From contig NW_014577062.1 in assembly GCF_000485595.1 (NCBI RefSeq), positions 577,512-616,920 on the forward strand: 39,409 nt of DNA, in the 5' to 3' direction. Each line of letters opens with the position of its first letter. Position 1 is the first letter of the stretch. Shown here in pieces: positions 34,198-39,409 of this stretch. Source of the DNA: Priapulus caudatus (Eukaryota). The notes beneath the pieces are model-generated. The model saw nothing but the letters and a program-made list of their open reading frames with translations. It ran no database searches and was not told the DNA's origin. Both the position numbers and the translations under genes were made by a program.

Positions 34198-34431
34198 AGC
34201 GTGCGTGCGTGAGCACGTACACGTGCGGGCGTGCGGGCGTGTACACGTACACGTAATACACGTGCGTGCGTGGTGCGTACGTGCGTGCGTGGTGCGTACG
34301 TGCGTGCGTGGTGCGTACGTGCGTGTTCACGTGCGGGCGTGCGGGCGTGTGCACGAACACGTGCGTGCGCCCGTACACGTGCGTGCGTGCGTGCGTGTGC
34401 ACGTACATGTGCGTGCGTGCGTGCGTGTGCA
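34198..34431. repeat. (GTGC)n-derived compound microsatellite
   Basis: Directly visible. Confidence 0.9.
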
Positions 34432-34434
34432 CAA

Positions 34435-35028
34435 TATTTTGTGATTAATATGTATTTAAAATAGTTAGGGTGTATCTCAGCATAGATTTCCCTAATAAAC
34501 TTTTATCAGTAGACCTGTGTTTATAATTAGGAGGGTGCCCTAGCATGTAGGGTACAAAACACCTACTTTATGCCCTCGGGTACTTCCTCTTGCCTCCCCT
34601 GTTTCTCGCTCAGCCTCCTTCTTCTGCTACCGCCCCCAGCTATCTTTCCTGCCGCCTTTCCTCAGTCTCCCATCTCCTCTTTCCCTCAGCAAGCTATGTT
34701 ATAATGTTTGCCTTAGACGGCACTGCACGCCTAACACGGTGCGCGCGCATGCGCAATATCTCCCAAGAGAAATCGTATTTTGCAAAGATTATGCATTTAA
34801 AATGAAGAGGAGTTATCCTATCATAGATTTATATAATAACATTCTACCCGTAGACATTATTTAAGAAATAGGAGGAAGAGCTTGCATGTAAGGTCACCGC
34901 TGCGTATACCTGGCAGTATAGAATCTGGCTACGTTAGTGTGTTAGCGCATGCGCAATATCTCATCAGAGGAGTTATATTTGTATCCCCCGAACGAAGTTC
35001 GTGGGGATACTATGGATTTGGCATCGTC

Positions 35029-35068
<40 letters not shown>

Positions 35069-38000
35069 AGAGATTTCCTTGTGAACGCTCTACCGGCTGC
35101 AGTTCTTCTCGGATCATCTTCAAATTTCGAATGAAGGTGCGTTATCGTAAAGCGAAGACACCTATCGTTTTTGGTGTGGGCGGAGTCATCGTTTCTAGAA
35201 CCTGTAACTTCTGCACTTTTTACCCGATTGTCATGAAATTAATATTTGTATTAAAATTAAAATTTAAAAATTAACAAAAAAAAATTAAAAAAAAAATATT
35301 TGTAAAAAAATATTAAAAAATAAAAAAATATTTGTATTAAAATTTGTATTTAAATTTATGATTGTCATCAAATATATATATATATATAGGACATGTTATA
35401 TCGCGCCTGTCGTGCCAAATCACATCCGGTAAAAACAGCACAAGTTACAGGTTCTACAATATTCCACAAAAATGTTGTTACCATGGCAACGATGACTCCG
35501 CCAACACCAAAAACGATTGGCGTCTTCGCTTTACCATAACGCACCTTCATGCCAAATTTGAAGATGATCCGAGATCGGGTAAAAACTGCCCACCAGGTCA
35601 CTGCGACCTTTATTTCACCTTTACCTTGATCTTGATCATATTTCTCTTCCGCTCTCTAACTCAGCCCCTAATTGACCTAGCGCGACTAAACTTGGTATGT
35701 TTACACATCTTGGGGAGAAGGTCGGTCGCATACCAAAACCACCACTGTCCTTGACTTAGTTTGACCTTCACCGTCGACTTACATTTCCTCTTCGGCCTTC
35801 TATGGTAACCAGATTCCATATACTTCCACATCTGAGGCACACCAGTTGTCTAACAAACCTTTGTCTTTGTGACTTATTTAACTTACCTGCCCTTCTACGT
35901 CCTTACAGAGATATTCCATTCATACTAGATCACGGGGGATACATGTAGTTGGCGACAACTGCCCGTTTCTAGTTTGTGATGAATATGCATTGAAAATGGT
36001 TAGGCGGTATCTCAGCGTAGATTTCCCTAATAAACTTTTATCAGTAGAACTTTGTTTATAATTAAGAGAGCGCCCTAGCATGTAGGGTACAAACCACCTA
36101 CTTTATGCACTCCCGTCTTTCCCCTTGCCTCCTCTGTCCCTCGCTCAGCCTCATTCTTCTTCTACCGCCCCCAGCTATCTTTCCTGCCGCTTTTCATCAG
36201 TCTCCCATTCCCTTCTTCTCTCAGCAAGCTATATTATAATGTTTGCCTCAGACGGCACTGTACGCCTAACACGGTGCGCGCGCATGCGCAATATCTCCCG
36301 AGATAAGTCGTATTTTGCAAAGATTAGGCATTTAAAATGAAGAGGAGTTATCCTAGCATAGATTTATATGATAACATTCCATCAGTAGACATTATTTAAG
36401 AAATAGGAGGAAGACCTTGCGTGTATGGTCACCGCTGCGTATACCAGCATGTACACAATCTGGCTACGTTAGTGTGTTAGCGCATGCGCAATATCTCATC
36501 AGAGGAGTTATATTTTGTAATGAATATGCATTTAAAATAGTTAGGGGGTATCTCAGCATAGATTTCCCTGATAAACTTTTATCAGTAGACCTGTGTTTAT
36601 AATTAGGAGAGCACCCTAGCATGTAGGGTACTGAGCACCTACTTTATGGCCTCGGGTACTTCCTCTTGCCTCCTCTATCCCTCGCTCAGCCTCCTTCTTT
36701 TTCTACCACCCCAGCTATCTTTCCTGCCGCCTTTCCTCAGTCTCCCATTTCTTCTTTTCCTCAGCACGATTTATTATAATGTTTGCCTCAGACGGCACCG
36801 TACGCCTAACACGGTGCGCGCGCATGCGCAATATCTACCGAGAGAAATCGTATTTTGCAAAGATTATGCATTTAAAATGAAGAGGAGTTAGATTTATATG
36901 ATAACATTCGATCAGTAGACATCATTTAAGAAATAGGAGGAAGACCTTGCATGTAAGGTCATCGCTGCGTATACCTGCCAGTATAGAATCTGGCAACGTT
37001 AGTGTGTTAGCGCATGCGCAATATCTCATCAGAGAAGTTATATTTTGTGATGAATATGCAATTAAAATGGTTAGGGGTATCTCAGCATAGATTTCCCTAA
37101 TAAACTTTTATCAGTAGACCTCTGTTTATAATTAGGAGAGCACCCTAACATGTAGGGTACAAAACACCTACTTTATGCCCTCGCGTACTTACCCTTGCCT
37201 CCCCTGTCCCTCGCTCAGCCTCCTTCTTCTTCTACCTCCCCAGCTATCTTTCCAGCCGCCTTTCCTCAGTCTCCCATCCCCTCTTTCACTCAGCAAGCTT
37301 TATTATAATGTTTACCTAAGACGGCACTGCACTCCTAACACGGTGCGCGCGCATGCGCAATATCTCCCAAGAGAAATCGTATTTTGCAAAGATTATGCAT
37401 TTAAAATGAAGAAGAGTTATCCTAGCATAGATTTATATGATAACTTTCCATCAGAAGACATCATTTAAGAAATAGGAGGAAGACCTTGCGTGTATGGTCA
37501 CCGCTGCGTATACCAGCCAGTACACAATCTGGCTACGTTAGTGTGTTAGCGCATGCGCAATATCTTATCAGAGGAGTTATATTTTGTGATTATTATGTAT
37601 TTAAAATAGTTAGGGTGTATCTCAGCATAGATTTCCCTGATAAACTTTTATCAGTAGACCTGTGTTTATAATTAGGAGAGTGCCCTAGCATGTAGGGTAC
37701 AAAACACCTACTTTATGCCCTCGGGTACTTCCTCTTGCCTCCCCTGTCCCTCGCTCAGCCTCCTTCTTCTGCTACCGCCCCAGCTATCTTTCTTGCCGCC
37801 TTTCCTCAGTCTCCCATCCCCTCTTTCCCTCAGCAAGCTATGTTATAATGTTTGTCTTGGACGGCACTGCACGCCTAACACGGTGCGCGCGCATGCGCAA
37901 TACCTCCCGAGAGAAATCGTATTTTGCAAAGATTATACATTTAAAATGAAGAGGAGTTAGATTTATATGATTAGATTCCATCAGTAGACAATATTTATGA

Positions 38001-39409
38001 AATAGGAGGAAGAGCTTGCATGTAAGGTCACCGCTGCGTATACCTGCCAGTATAGAATCTGGCAACGTTAGTGTGTTAGCGCATGCGCAATATCTCACCA
38101 GAGGAGTTATATTTTGTGATTAATATGCATTTAAAATGGTTAGGGGGTATCTCAGCATAGATTTCCCTAATAAACCTTTATCAGTAGACCTCTATTTATA
38201 ATTAGGAGAGCGCCCTAACATTTGGCATACAAAACACCTACTTTATGCCTTCGCGTCCTTTCCCTTGCCTTCCCTGTCCCTCGCTCAGCCTCCTCCTTCT
38301 TCTACCGCCACCGGCTATCTTTCCTGCCGCCTTTCCTCAGTCTCCCATCCCCTCTTTCCCTCAGCAAGCTATATTATAATGTTTGAATAATACGGCACTG
38401 AACGCCTAACACGGTGCGCGCGCATGCGTAATATCTCCCGGGAGAAATCGTATTTTGCAAAGATTATACATTTAACATGAAGAGCAGTTATCCTAGCATA
38501 GATTTATATAATAACATTTCATTAGTAGACATTATTTAAGAAATAGGAGGAAGATCTTGCATGTAAGGTTACCACTGCGTATACCAGCCAGTACAGAATC
38601 TGGCTACGTTGTGTGTTAGCGCATGGGCAATATCTCACCATAGGAGTCATATTTTGTGATGAATATGCACTTACAATGGTTAGGGGGTATCTCAGGATAG
38701 ATTTCCATAATAAACTTTTGTCAATATACCTGTGTTTATAATTAGGAGAGCGCCCTAAAATGAAGGGTACAAAACACCTACTTTATGCTCTTGCTTCGTT
38801 CCCCTTGCCTCCCCTGTCCCTCGCTCAGCCTCCTTCTTCTTCTGCCGCCCCAGCTATTTTTCCGGACGCCTTTCCTCAGTCTCCCATCCCCTCTTTCCCT
38901 CAGCAAGCTATGTTATAATGTTTGCCTAACACGGTACTGCACGCCTAACACGGTGCGCGCGCATGCGCAATATCTCCCGAGAGAAATCGTATTTTGCAAA
39001 GATTATGCAGTTAAAATAAAGAGGAGTTATCCTAGCATAGATTTATATGATAACATTCCATGAGTAGACATCATTTAAGAAATAGGATGAAGACCTTGCA
39101 TGTAAGGTCACCGATGCGTATACCAGCCAGTACACAATCTGGCAACGTTAGTGTGTTAGCGCATGCGCAATATCTCCCGAGAGAAATCGTAATTTGCAAA
39201 GATTATGCATTTAAAATAAAGAGGTGTTGTCCTAGCATAGTTATATGATAACATTCCATCAGTAGATATCATTTAAGAAATAGGAGGAAGATCTTGCATG
39301 TAAGGTTACCACTGCGTATACCAGCCAGTACAGAATCTGGCTACGTTGTGTGTTAGCGCATGTGCAATATCTCACCATAGGAGACATATTTTGTGATGAA
39401 TATGCACTT
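34435..39409. repeat. ~530-540-bp tandem satellite array (7 full monomers plus a partial one), continuing beyond the window
   Basis: Monomer starts at ~34435, 34976/35973, 36511, 37041, 37580, 38110, 38650 and 39387, with high mutual identity. Confidence 0.97.
34980..35973 (+). mobile_element. Non-autonomous Helentron-associated (DINE-1/HINE-like) element inserted in the satellite
   Basis: 11-bp subterminal IR TGTATCCCCCG (34980-34990) / CGGGGGATACA (35933-35943), 5' partial IR (GGGGATAC), (GCC)n microsatellite, 3' stem-loop GTAGTTG-GCGA-CAACTGC and CTAG end. Inserted in the T-run of TATATTTTGTGAT with no TSD. Confidence 0.8.

Noticed and set aside
36125..39248. Recurring 60-97 aa ORFs in the satellite
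   Set aside because: Frames and stops differ between monomers and there is no recognisable domain.

Overview
This is eukaryotic genomic DNA, probably from a protostome invertebrate. About 1.4-25.5 kb on the + strand is the 3' third of a multi-exon Cav2 (P/Q/N-type; cacophony/unc-2-like) voltage-gated calcium channel alpha-1 gene. It covers domain IV S2-S6, the EF-hand, pre-IQ/IQ region and a distal C-terminus with RRLPATP and DDEWC*. Most of its exons are absent from the ORF track and were read manually. The most notable features are in its splicing. Two consecutive pairs of duplicated, apparently mutually exclusive exons encode IVS2 (1440-1556 vs 2702-2818) and IVS3 (5891-5989 vs 6380-6463), and competing RNA stems lie at the donor of the second IVS2 exon. 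After the IQ exon there are two paralogous 15-nt microexons and candidate truncating exons. The introns carry tiny palindromic MITEs with 7-8 bp target-site duplications and many microsatellites. Downstream are a putative long 3' UTR, a decayed two-gene PIF/Harbinger transposon (30.47-33.72 kb) and a ~535-bp satellite array with dimeric higher-order structure. That array is interrupted by a DINE-1/HINE-like (Helentron-type) element and runs off the window end. All splicing claims are predictions from sequence alone.
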